This document shows positions 42,217 to 54,930 of a DNA stretch of 64,000 nucleotides, in pieces. Positions within the stretch are counted from its first letter, which is position 1, and each line of letters starts with the position of its first letter. The stretch is from Rhodospirillaceae bacterium. Its GTDB lineage: Bacteria; Pseudomonadota; Alphaproteobacteria; UBA6615. The position numbers were made by a program, and so were the translations under genes. The notes below the pieces were generated by a model. That model was not told the origin of the DNA, did not search any database, and saw only the letters and a program-made list of their open reading frames with translations. The stretch covers positions 879 to 64,878 of the forward strand of contig JAYPRP010000005.1 of NCBI GenBank assembly GCA_038132575.1. Reading direction: 5' to 3'.

Positions 42217-42927
42217 TCAGTTCGTCTTCGGCGTGGTCTTGCGCCCGGCCCAGGCGGAAATCCGGTCGAGCCAGGCCGGATGTGCGGCGTAGAAGCTTCC
42301 ATGCCCCTTGCCGATCTTGAGGATCTCCTCGGTCATCTTCATGCGCGGCGCCGGCGCGGCGGCCTCGCTGCAGGTCCCCGCGATGGTTTCCGCCTCGTCG
42401 AACAGCGACAGCATTTCCCCCTGCATCTTCGGGGCGTCGTTGGCGAGGAAGCTGTCATAGGCGGCGCGGAACCGGCCCTTGCCGCAGCCCGCCATGTTGA
42501 CGAAGTTCACCTCCGGTTGCTTCGCCAGTGCCATGACCAGGAGAACCATGTTGCCGCCCTTCGAGAAGCCTGCGATCGTGATCCGGTTTGCCGGAACGCC
42601 CTTCTCGACCAGGGCTGCGATCTGCGGCACGACGACGGTCCGTGCGTAATGGCGCGGGTTTGTCTTCTCCCGGCGCAGCTGCGAGATGACCTCGAAGTCG
42701 CGGGCCGCGAGACCCTTGACGATCTTGTCATACTCGAAGAGGCCTCGTTTCGGGTGCGGCTCCGAGAGGGCCTTGGTTTCGGGCTACGCGCCGTGGAGGT
42801 AGATCAGGTAGCGCTTTGCGGGGTCGACCTTGGCCGGGACATCGGTATGAATCGCGCCGGCATGGGCCGCGCTTGCGAGCAGGAAGGTCGCGGCGAGGGT
42901 CGTGACGAGGAGTTTCAGGCAACGCAT
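42217..42927 (-). pseudogene. Alpha/beta-hydrolase (carboxylesterase-like, secreted) interrupted by a single in-frame TAG
   Basis: One continuous frame from the ATG at 42927 to 42217. It has a signal peptide (MRCLKLLVTTLAATFLLASAAHAGA) and a GFSKGG nucleophile elbow. Codon 48 is TAG at 42784-42786 (YLHGA*PETKAL). Confidence 0.55.
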
Positions 42928-42942
42928 CGTCAGGCTCCGTGT

Positions 42943-44433
42943 CTAGCGGGCGCCCGCGATACCGAGCAGCCGGGCGGTGTCCACATGCTCCTCTATGTGG
43001 TCGGCGAGACGGTCGAGCGCAACGTCTATCTGCCGGTCCCACGCGAGACCCGCGCTGTGCGCGGAATTCAGGCTTTTCAGGAAACCGTGACGAAACCCGT
43101 CCGCGGCGAACAGGCCGTGCACATATGTACCCCATATGTGCCCGTTTGCCGTTTGCGCGCCGTCGGTGCGCCGCGCGTCCCCGATCAGGACGACGGGGTT
43201 GGCCGCATCGGGCCCCGAGGTGACGCCCATGTGCATCTCGAAACCGGAAACGGCCTTGCCGGAAGCGGTTCCACTCACCGCCTCTAGAGTCTTATCGGGT
43301 GTGATCACGGTGTCGACGTCGAGCAATCCGAGCCCCGGGGTCTCGCCGGGCGATCCCTCGACGCCGTCGGGGTCGGCGATCCGGCGACCGAGCATTTGGT
43401 AGCCACCGCAGATGCCGACGACCCGGGTGCCGCGCGCCGATGCCGCCATGATCTGGTTGGACCAGCCCGCTATCCGAAGCGCCTGCATGTCGGCGCGCGT
43501 GGACTTGGAGCCGCACAGGATGATGGCGTCGGCGTCGGAAGGCAGGTCTTCCCCTGGTTCGACGAGTCGGAGCGCCACGCCGGGCTCGGCGGCCAGCGGA
43601 TCGAGGTCGTCGAAGTTAGCGATCCGCGGCAGGCGTGGAGCGGCAATGCGGACCGCCGCGTCCCGCCAACCGGTGCCGTCGTAGCGGGCGGCGAGAGAGG
43701 CCGTGTCCTCGGCGGGAAGGTCGCGGGCGCCGTCCAGCCAGGGCAGGATGCCGAGCGAGTCCATGCCCGTGTGGTCGCGGATGACCGGGAGCGCGTCGTC
43801 GAACAGGTGCGGGTCGCCGCGAAACCGGTTGACGATGTAGCCGCCGAGCCGCGCCCGCTCGTCCGGGGCCAGAAGCGTCCATGTGCCGACGAGGGCGGCG
43901 ATGACGCCGCCGCGCTCGATGTCGCCGACGAGAACCACCGGTATGTCTGCTGCCTCGGCGAATCCCATGTTGGCGATGTCGCCGGCCCGCAGGTTGACCT
44001 CCGCGGGGCTGCCGGCACCCTCGACGAGCACCAGGTCCGCACCGGCCGTGAGCCGCTCGTAGGCCGCGACGACATCGGGCAGCAGGCCGGGCTTCATCGC
44101 GTGATAGGCCTGGGCATCGGCGTTGCCGGTCACCCGGCCGTTTACGACGACCTGCGCGCCGATATCGCTCTGCGGCTTCAGCAGCACCGGGTTCATGTCG
44201 GTGTGGGGCGTGAGCCCGGCGGCACGTGCCTGGAGCGCCTGGGCGCGGCCGATCTCGCCCCAGCCACCGGTTTCGGGGGTCAGGGCCGGCGCCGCGTTGT
44301 TGGACATGTTCTGTGGCTTGAAGGGCCGCACCGCGAGGCCCTGGCGCGCGTACAGCCGGGCCAGCCCGGCGACGATCAGCGACTTGCCCACGTCCGAGCC
44401 GGTGCCCTGGAACATCAGCGCCGGGGTTTTCAT
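42943..44433 (-). CDS. cobQ: Cobyric acid synthase
   Basis: MFQGTGSDVGKS N-terminus plus a GATase domain; 496 aa. Confidence 0.9.
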   Translation of the reverse strand: MKTPALMFQGTGSDVGKSLIVAGLARLYARQGLAVRPFKPQNMSNNAAPALTPETGGWGEIGRAQALQARAAGLTPHTDMNPVLLKPQSDIGAQVVVNGRVTGNADAQAYHAMKPGLLPDVVAAYERLTAGADLVLVEGAGSPAEVNLRAGDIANMGFAEAADIPVVLVGDIERGGVIAALVGTWTLLAPDERARLGGYIVNRFRGDPHLFDDALPVIRDHTGMDSLGILPWLDGARDLPAEDTASLAARYDGTGWRDAAVRIAAPRLPRIANFDDLDPLAAEPGVALRLVEPGEDLPSDADAIILCGSKSTRADMQALRIAGWSNQIMAASARGTRVVGICGGYQMLGRRIADPDGVEGSPGETPGLGLLDVDTVITPDKTLEAVSGTASGKAVSGFEMHMGVTSGPDAANPVVLIGDARRTDGAQTANGHIWGTYVHGLFAADGFRHGFLKSLNSAHSAGLAWDRQIDVALDRLADHIEEHVDTARLLGIAGAR

Positions 44434-44440
44434 GGCCGCC

Positions 44441-45051
44441 TCAGAACTCGATGCCCTTCTGCGCCTTCACGTCGTCGCGGAAGTGATGCTTCACCATGGT
44501 CATGTCTGTCACCATGTCGGCCGCCTCGATCAGCTCGGGCTTCGCGTTGCGCCCCGTGACGACGACATGCATGTCGGGCTGTTTCTCCTGGAGGCCGGCC
44601 ACCACCGCGTCGACGTCGAGATGGTCGTAACGCAGCGGGATGTTGAGCTCGTCGAGGACGACGAGGCCGTATTGCGGGTCGGCGATCATCTCCTTCGCCA
44701 TCTCCCAGGCCGCCTCGGCGGCCGCGATATCGCGCTGCCGGTCCTGGGAATCCCACGAGAAGCCTTCCCCCATGACCCGGATCGTCACCCGGTCGGCGAA
44801 GTGCTCGAGGATCTCGCGCTCGCCGGTCTCCCACTTCCCCTTCACGAACTGGACGATCCCGACCTTCATGCCGTTGCCGAGCGCGCGCATGGCCAAGCCC
44901 ATGGCGGCGGTGGTCTTGCCCTTGCCCTTGCCGGTGTGGACCATCAAGAGGCCCTTCTCGCGGGTCTTGGTCGCGAGCATTCGGTCGCGCGCGGCCTTCT
45001 GCTTGCGCTTCTTGTCGGCCCAGCGGGCGTCGTCGGTCTCGCTGCTGTCGC

Positions 45052-45055
<4 letters not shown>
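44441..45055 (-). CDS. cobO: Cob(I)yrinic acid a,c-diamide adenosyltransferase
   Basis: P-loop HTGKGKGKTTAAMG; the start overlaps the cobN stop. Confidence 0.85.
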
Positions 45056-48845
<3,790 letters not shown>

Positions 48846-48846
<1 letters not shown>

Positions 48847-49871
48847 CAGGCGTCCCGGATCGCCGCTTCGATGCCGGCCCGGTCCATCCCGCTGCGCCCG
48901 ATCACCACCAGTTCGGTTCGCGGCGTCTCGTCGGCCTTCCAGTCGCGGTCGAAGTAGCGCTGGAAGCGGCCGCCGACGCCCTGCACCACCAGCCGCCGGG
49001 GCTTCCCGGGAACGTGGGCGAAGCCCTTGATGCGGAAGATGTCGTGGTCGTTCACTGCCGCGACGAGCCGGCGTTCCAGCGCATCCGGGTCGCGCACGGG
49101 CCCGAGTGCCACGGTGAAGCTGTCGAAGTCGTCATGATCGTGTTCGTCGGCGCCGTCATGGACGCTCGGCCGTGTGTCGAGGTCGTCCTCGGCCTCCGCG
49201 TCGAGCCCGAGCAGGACCGCCGGATCGAGCCGGCCATGGGTTGCGTTGACGGCGCGGACGCCCTCCCGGCGGTGGGGCGCCAGCGCGGCCTCTACCGCGT
49301 TATCACCGGCGTCGACCAGGTCGGATTTGTTCACGACGATCAGGTCGGCGCAGCTCACCTGGTCGACGAACAACTCCTCCAGCGGGTTGTCGTGATCCAG
49401 CGACGGGTCCTCGGCCCGGGCCGCGGCGACCGCGTCGGGGTCGTCGGCGAAGCGTCCGGCGGCGACAGCGGCGGCATCGACCACGGTGACCACCCCGTCC
49501 ACCGTCGTGCGGGCGCGCACCTCGGGCCAGGCGAAGGCCTTGACCAGGGGCTTGGGCAGCGCGAGGCCCGAGGTCTCGATGACGATGTGATCGGGCGGGT
49601 CTTCCCGGTCGAGCAGGGCCGTGATCGTCGGCAGGAAATCATCGGCCACCGTGCAGCAGATGCAGCCGTTGGCCAGCTCGACCACGTCTTCCTCCGCGCA
49701 GCCCGGGATGGCGCAGCCCTCGACGATGTCCCGGTCGACCCCGAGGTCGCCGAACTCGTTGATGACGAGCGCGATGCGCCGTCCGCCGACATTCTCGACG
49801 AGGTGGCGGATCAGGCTGGTCTTGCCGGCGCCGAGAAACCCGGTGACGACGGTGGCGGGGATGCGGTTCAT
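48846..49871 (-). CDS. cobW: Cobalamin biosynthesis GTPase CobW (COG0523)
   Basis: GFLGAGKTSL P-loop, CxCC metal motif (GCICCT) and a His/Asp-rich stretch. Confidence 0.85.
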
Positions 49872-49883
49872 GGAGAGGCGATC

Positions 49884-50498
49884 TCAGGGCTTGAGGGTGA
49901 CGGGGAGGCCGGCGGCGATGAAGTCCACGCGGTCGGCCTGGGCCGCGACGATCTGGTTGAGCCGTCCGGCTGCGTCGCGGAAGGCGCGCGCCAGCGCATT
50001 GTCCGGCACGATCCCGAGGCCGACCTCGTTCGAAACGCAGACCACCGGCCCGCGCGCATGCTCGAAGGCGTCGAGCAGGCTCGCGGCCTCGGCATCGATG
50101 TCGAGTTCCGCATGCATCACGTTCGAGAGCCACAGGGTCAGGCAGTCGATCAGTGCCGGCTGCCCGTCGTCGGTCGCGCGCACGACCGTGTCGGCGAGCG
50201 CCAGGAGCGTCTCCTCCGTGTGCCAGCGGTCGCCGCGGCGCGCGCGGTGCTCCGCGATGCGGTTCGCCATCTCACCGTCGCCGGCCTCTGCCGTTGCGAT
50301 GTAGGTCGGCCGCACGATGCTGGCGCTCGCCTCGAGATGCCCCGCGACAAGCGTTTCCGCGTGATGGCTCTTGCCCGACTTCGCGCCGCCGAGCACGAGG
50401 GTCAGCCCGGGCAGAAGCGCGCTGTCCGAAGCGCGCGGGCTATCGTCGTTCGTCGCGGTCGTCTGGTTCGGCCGGTCGCCGGTCGTGTCTGCGGTCAC
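49884..50498 (-). CDS. cobU: Bifunctional adenosylcobinamide kinase / adenosylcobinamide-phosphate guanylyltransferase
   Basis: P-loop LVLGGAKSGKS. GTG start at 50498 preceded by SD GGGAGGAGGA; the longer ATG-initiated ORF extension is Arg/Pro-rich and overlaps the riboswitch. Confidence 0.75.
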   Translation of the reverse strand: MTADTTGDRPNQTTATNDDSPRASDSALLPGLTLVLGGAKSGKSHHAETLVAGHLEASASIVRPTYIATAEAGDGEMANRIAEHRARRGDRWHTEETLLALADTVVRATDDGQPALIDCLTLWLSNVMHAELDIDAEAASLLDAFEHARGPVVCVSNEVGLGIVPDNALARAFRDAAGRLNQIVAAQADRVDFIAAGLPVTLKP

Positions 50499-50504
50499 GG
50501 GCGC

Positions 50505-50700
50505 TGGTCCTCCTCCCGAGGGATGCGCGGATGTCGTGCGCCGAAGAGGTCTCCTGGCTCCGGATCGACGGCCCGCTCGCATCCTTCCCGGCGTTGCCGC
50601 CAGTGGGTGTCGCGCCGGGCCTGACCGTTACAGTTGCGGGGGCAGCGCCGGCCTTGGAACCGTCGGGTTCCGCACCGGACTTCCCTGTTTCAGCGCTGGA
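50505..50700 (-). ncRNA. Cobalamin (AdoCbl) riboswitch upstream of cobU-cobW-cobN-cobO-cobQ
   Basis: The minus-strand RNA contains ..GGGAAGUCCGGUGCGGAACCCG..GCUGCCCCCGCAACUGUAA..CCCACUGG (B12 box)..CCGGGAAGG.., matching the conserved cobalamin aptamer core, followed by an SD-proximal expression platform. Confidence 0.8.
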
Positions 50701-51367
50701 CCGAGGCTAGCATGGCCGTGTGATCGGGAACCAGCGTCGAGTCCATGGTCGGCAGTTGGTTGATGTGGAAAATCGCCCACGCCCCCTCCGGATGGCTCGC
50801 GGTCGGCCCGAAATGGTCGATGCGGGTGAGCGAACAATTGTCCACCTGGCAGGTCAGTGCCGCCTCGGGGTCGAGGCCGAGCGCATGGCCGATCGCCGCG
50901 CGGATGGTGCCGCCATGGGTCACCGCCACGATGTCGCGGCCGGAGTGTTCCGCGGTCAGCCGGTCGATCACGCCTGTCACCCGGTCCATCAGCTCCGCGA
51001 AGCTCTCGCCGCCGGGCGCGCGGGTGTGGGCCGGGGCCAGCCAGAACATGTGCCTGGGATCGAGCTCGGCATAGACCTCCTCGCGCTTGCGGCCCTGCCA
51101 GTCGCCGAAATTCTGCTCCGCGAGGTCCTCTTCGATGTGGGCGTCGGGCAGTGCGAGGCCGGCCGCCTTGATAGCGTCCGCAGTCTGGTGGGTGCGCTGG
51201 AGGTGCGAGGTGACCAGGAACGCGTCCGCGGGGAGCAACCGCGCGAGCCCCGCATAGGTGGGCGGATCGTCGGTGTCGGCGACGGGGTCGCTGTTACCGT
51301 AGATCCGGCCGCCGGTCGAGCGGACGGGGGCGTGGCGGATCCACCACCAGCGTGTGCGCGTTGTCAT
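50690..51367 (-). CDS. cobC: Alpha-ribazole phosphatase-like histidine phosphatase
   Basis: WWIRHAP..RIYG catalytic Arg-His motif of the phosphoglycerate-mutase/CobC family. Start MTTRTRWWW; the stop overlaps the riboswitch 5' end. Confidence 0.7.
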   Translation of the reverse strand: MTTRTRWWWIRHAPVRSTGGRIYGNSDPVADTDDPPTYAGLARLLPADAFLVTSHLQRTHQTADAIKAAGLALPDAHIEEDLAEQNFGDWQGRKREEVYAELDPRHMFWLAPAHTRAPGGESFAELMDRVTGVIDRLTAEHSGRDIVAVTHGGTIRAAIGHALGLDPEAALTCQVDNCSLTRIDHFGPTASHPEGAWAIFHINQLPTMDSTLVPDHTAMLASVQR

Positions 51368-52188
51368 GACATGTTCCCTGAGATGACGGCGCTGGCGGCG
51401 ACCAGCGCGGCGGTTTCTGCGATGGCCTGCCCCGCGCCCAGCACGTCGCCGGTGTAGCCGCCGACCTGGCGGAGCGCGATCAGGCCGACGGCGAGCGCTC
51501 CGAGGCCGCCGGCCACGAGCACGGTGATGACGCCCCACCCGGCGGGGGTGGCGAGGACGAGAAGAACCAGCAGGATTGCGAGAGCGAGCCCTTTCAGGCT
51601 GTCGCCCTCGTTCGGCGCGCCCGTATCCGCCCCTAGACCGTCCGCACGCGCCGGCTCGAGCCAGCGCATGGTCGGCGCGATTAGGGCGCGGCTCCACACG
51701 GCGGCTGCGATCAGCGCGCCGGCGGCCGCGCCCACGTCATGGGCGGCGATGGTTGCCAGCGCCGCGATCTTTGCGACGATCACGACCGCGAGGGTGACAG
51801 TGCCGTAGGCGCCGAGCCGGCTGTCGCGCATGATCTCGAGCTTGCGGTCGCGGTCGCTGCCTCCGCCGAAACCGTCGGCGACGTCGGACAGCCCGTCCTC
51901 GTGGAGTGCGCCGGTGAACCAGATGATGACCCCGACGGTCAGCGTCGCCGCGACGGGGGCCGGCACCCCGCCCCAGGCGAGTGCGCCGAGCACGAGCGCC
52001 CCCGCGCCGCCGATGCCGAAGCCGACCAGCGGGAAGAGCCACATCGCGGAGGCGAGACTTGGCGGTGCCATGCCGGGTTCGTCGTTGATGCCCGGGTCCC
52101 GCGCGACGGGCAGGCGCGTCAGGAACGTCACCGCCAGGCGAAGTTGTGCGGCGGTCGTGCCCGGGCCCGTCTCGTCGTTTGCATCCAT
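51364..52188 (-). CDS. cobS: Adenosylcobinamide-GDP ribazoletransferase (cobalamin synthase)
   Basis: Polytopic membrane protein with CobS motifs (FLTRLPV, DGLSDVADG); overlaps the cobC start. Confidence 0.85.
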   Translation of the reverse strand: MDANDETGPGTTAAQLRLAVTFLTRLPVARDPGINDEPGMAPPSLASAMWLFPLVGFGIGGAGALVLGALAWGGVPAPVAATLTVGVIIWFTGALHEDGLSDVADGFGGGSDRDRKLEIMRDSRLGAYGTVTLAVVIVAKIAALATIAAHDVGAAAGALIAAAVWSRALIAPTMRWLEPARADGLGADTGAPNEGDSLKGLALAILLVLLVLATPAGWGVITVLVAGGLGALAVGLIALRQVGGYTGDVLGAGQAIAETAALVAASAVISGNMS

Positions 52189-52244
52189 GCCCGACTTATA
52201 GGACAACCCTTCCCTTTCCGAAACGGAACTTGCGGTCACACGAT

Positions 52245-53291
52245 ATGAGCGACTCTGGCAACGGCGCCGAACCTTCCGGCGGCCCGGATTTCGACGAGAT
52301 CCGAAAACTTATCGGCGAGTTGCCCGGGCCCGACGTGGCGGCGGTCACGGCGACGCGCGCGCGCGAGGCCGAGCTGACGAAGCCGCCGGGGGCGCTCGGC
52401 CGGCTCGAGGAGATCACCGAGTGGGTGGCGGCCTGGCAGGGACGGCATCCGCCCAATGTCGGCCATGCCCGGGTCGCGGTCTTCGCCGGCAATCACGGCG
52501 TGGCGGCGCGCGGCGTGTCGGCATACCCGGCCGAGGTCACGGCCCAGATGGTGCAGAATTTCGTGGCCGGCGGGGCGGCGGTGAACCAGCTCACCGAGCT
52601 GGCCGACGCGGATCTGCGGGTCTACGAGATGGCGCTCGAGACGCCGACCGAAGATTTCACGCAAGGCCCGGCCCTGAGCGAGGCCGACTGCGCAAAGGCC
52701 GTCGCCTACGGCATGATGAGCGTCGAGGCGGGGGTCGAGCTGATCGCGCTCGGCGAGATGGGGATCGCGAACACCACCGCGGCGGCGGCGATCTGCCACG
52801 CGCTCTATGGTGGCGCGCCCCAGGACTGGGTCGGGCCGGGCACCGGCGTCTCGGGTGAGGCGATGGCGGCGAAGGTCGCGGCGGTGGAAGCCGGCGTTGC
52901 GGCCAACCGCGACCTGCTCGACGACCCGCTCCAGGTCCTGCGGGCGCTCGGCGGCCACGAGATCGCGGCCATGGCCGGCGCCATCATCGCCGCCCGGCTC
53001 GCGGGCGTGCCGGTGCTGCTCGACGGCTATACCTCCACGGCGGCGGGCGCCGTCCTGCATGCGCTCGACGAACACGCGATCGACCATTGCATGATCGGGC
53101 ACCTGTCGGCCGAGCCGGCCCACCGCGCGCTGTGCGAGAAACTCGACAAGGTGCCGCTGCTGGCACTCGCGATGCGTCTCGGCGAGGGGTCGGGCGCGGC
53201 GCTGGCGATCCAGATCGTGCGCGCGGCGCTGGCCTGTCACAACGGCATGGCGACCTTTGCGGACGCGGCCGTTAGTAACCGGGCGCACTAA
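52245..53291 (+). CDS. cobT: Nicotinate-nucleotide--dimethylbenzimidazole phosphoribosyltransferase
   Basis: CobT family (GNHGVA, GEMGIANTTAAAAI, LLDGYTSTAAG). Confidence 0.9.
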   Translation: MSDSGNGAEPSGGPDFDEIRKLIGELPGPDVAAVTATRAREAELTKPPGALGRLEEITEWVAAWQGRHPPNVGHARVAVFAGNHGVAARGVSAYPAEVTAQMVQNFVAGGAAVNQLTELADADLRVYEMALETPTEDFTQGPALSEADCAKAVAYGMMSVEAGVELIALGEMGIANTTAAAAICHALYGGAPQDWVGPGTGVSGEAMAAKVAAVEAGVAANRDLLDDPLQVLRALGGHEIAAMAGAIIAARLAGVPVLLDGYTSTAAGAVLHALDEHAIDHCMIGHLSAEPAHRALCEKLDKVPLLALAMRLGEGSGAALAIQIVRAALACHNGMATFADAAVSNRAH

Positions 53292-53302
53292 CCGCGGCGC
53301 GG

Positions 53303-54133
53303 CTACTCGCCGCCCTGCAGGAGCAGGCCCTTGACCCGCGCGGTGCGGAAGCTCCACAGGAAGGCCGCCGCGCCCAGGCACAGGTAGAGGATATTGAGGC
53401 CGACCGCGGCGAGGAAATAGTCCCAGCGGAAGGCACCCTCGAAGAGGACGGCGCGCATCCCCTCGAACACGTAAACCGGCGGCAGGGCATAGGCGGCGGC
53501 CTGCAGCCAGACCGGCAGCACGTCCACCGGGTAGTAGACGGCCGAGACCGGGATCAACAGGAAGACGACGAACCAGGCGAGGCTCTCGCCTCCAAGGCCG
53601 ACGCGCAGCAGGAGCGCGGTCACGAGCATTCCCACAGCCCAACCCATGACCAGCAACAGCGCGAAAAAGGCGACGAGCGGCAGGCCGATCGAGAACACGT
53701 TCCAGGCGAAGAGCGGAATCGCCAGCAGCGCGGCCGGCACGATGCCGATCAGCGTACGCAGCAGCGACGTGGTCATCAGTGCCAGCACCATCTCGACCGG
53801 GCGCAGGGGGCTGACGAAGAGCTGCCCCAGGTTTCGGGAGTACATCTCCTCGAGGAACGACAGGGTGTAGCCGAGCTGGCCCCGGAACAGGATATCCCAC
53901 AGCAGCACACCGGTGAGTAGGACGCCGGCGGCCTGGGCGACCCAGGTCGAACTGTCGCGCAGGTGTAGGGTGATGAACCCCCACATGATCATCTGGATCG
54001 TCGGCCAGTACATCAGCTCGACGATGCGCGGCCATGAACCGCGCAGCAGGTACCAGTAGCGGCGCACCATGGCGAAGACCCGGCGCCGGGAGATCGGGGT
54101 GAGGCGGGCCACACCCGGGTCGGTCGCGCTCAT
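53303..54133 (-). CDS. ABC-2 family transporter permease
   Basis: 6-TM ABC-2 permease; start MSATDPGV overlaps the ATPase stop. Confidence 0.8.
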   Translation of the reverse strand: MSATDPGVARLTPISRRRVFAMVRRYWYLLRGSWPRIVELMYWPTIQMIMWGFITLHLRDSSTWVAQAAGVLLTGVLLWDILFRGQLGYTLSFLEEMYSRNLGQLFVSPLRPVEMVLALMTTSLLRTLIGIVPAALLAIPLFAWNVFSIGLPLVAFFALLLVMGWAVGMLVTALLLRVGLGGESLAWFVVFLLIPVSAVYYPVDVLPVWLQAAAYALPPVYVFEGMRAVLFEGAFRWDYFLAAVGLNILYLCLGAAAFLWSFRTARVKGLLLQGGE

Positions 54134-54897
54134 TGGGCCGCCTCCGCCGGCGGGGCGTTCTCGCCACCCGGCGTGCGCGCGATATCGAGGAACACTTCTT
54201 CCAGGGTCTCGCGCCCGTAGCGTCCGATCAGGTCCGTGGGCGCACCGCGATCGACGATCTTGCCCGCGCGCAGCATCAGCACGTCGTCGCACAGCCGCTC
54301 CACCTCGGCCATGTTGTGGCTGGCGAGCAGGATGCTGCCGCCGGATTGCGTTCGGAAATCCTCGAGATAGCCGCGAATCCGGTCGGCCGTGTCGGGGTCC
54401 AGGCTCGCGGTGGGTTCGTCGAGGGCCAGGAACTCGGGCGCGTTCAGAAGCGCCTTGGCGAGCCCCACCCGTGTTTTCTGGCCCGCCGAGAGCTTGCCGG
54501 ACGGTCGGGTCATCAGCGGCAGCAGGTCGAGGGTCTCGGCGATCTCCGCGATCCGTGCCTTCGGGTTGGCGACCTCGTAGAGCTCGGCGTAGATCGCGAG
54601 ATTCTCGGCGATGGTGAGCCGGTGGGGTAGCTCCATGTAGGGCGAGGAGAAGTTGATACGCGGCAGCACCCGAAATCGGTGGCGCAGCATGTTCTCGTTC
54701 AGCACCGCGATGCGGCCCGCACTGGGCAGGAGCAGGCCCATGATCATGGCGATGGATGTGGTTTTTCCCGCGCCGTTGCCCCCGAGCAGGCCGACACAGC
54801 TCCCGCGCGCGATTTCGAACGAGATGTCGTCGACCGCCGTCACCGCGCCGAAGCGCTTCGTTAGATGCTCGACTTTGACCGCCGACGTCCGCAACAT
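54130..54897 (-). CDS. ABC transporter ATP-binding protein (ABC-2 type)
   Basis: Walker A GGNGAGKTT, signature LSAGQKTRV, Walker B LALDEP. Confidence 0.8.
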   Translation of the reverse strand: MLRTSAVKVEHLTKRFGAVTAVDDISFEIARGSCVGLLGGNGAGKTTSIAMIMGLLLPSAGRIAVLNENMLRHRFRVLPRINFSSPYMELPHRLTIAENLAIYAELYEVANPKARIAEIAETLDLLPLMTRPSGKLSAGQKTRVGLAKALLNAPEFLALDEPTASLDPDTADRIRGYLEDFRTQSGGSILLASHNMAEVERLCDDVLMLRAGKIVDRGAPTDLIGRYGRETLEEVFLDIARTPGGENAPPAEAAQ

Positions 54898-54930
54898 GTG
54901 GTTTCCCGAACCGTAGAGTGGCGAGGCCGG

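Noticed and set aside
38186-42302. Long ORFs 38186..40282 and 40056..42302 suggesting fused cobL-cobH and cbiX-cobD antisense proteins
   Set aside because: Homology segments and start codons show separate genes (cobL, cobH, cbiX). The extensions are GC-frame artefacts.
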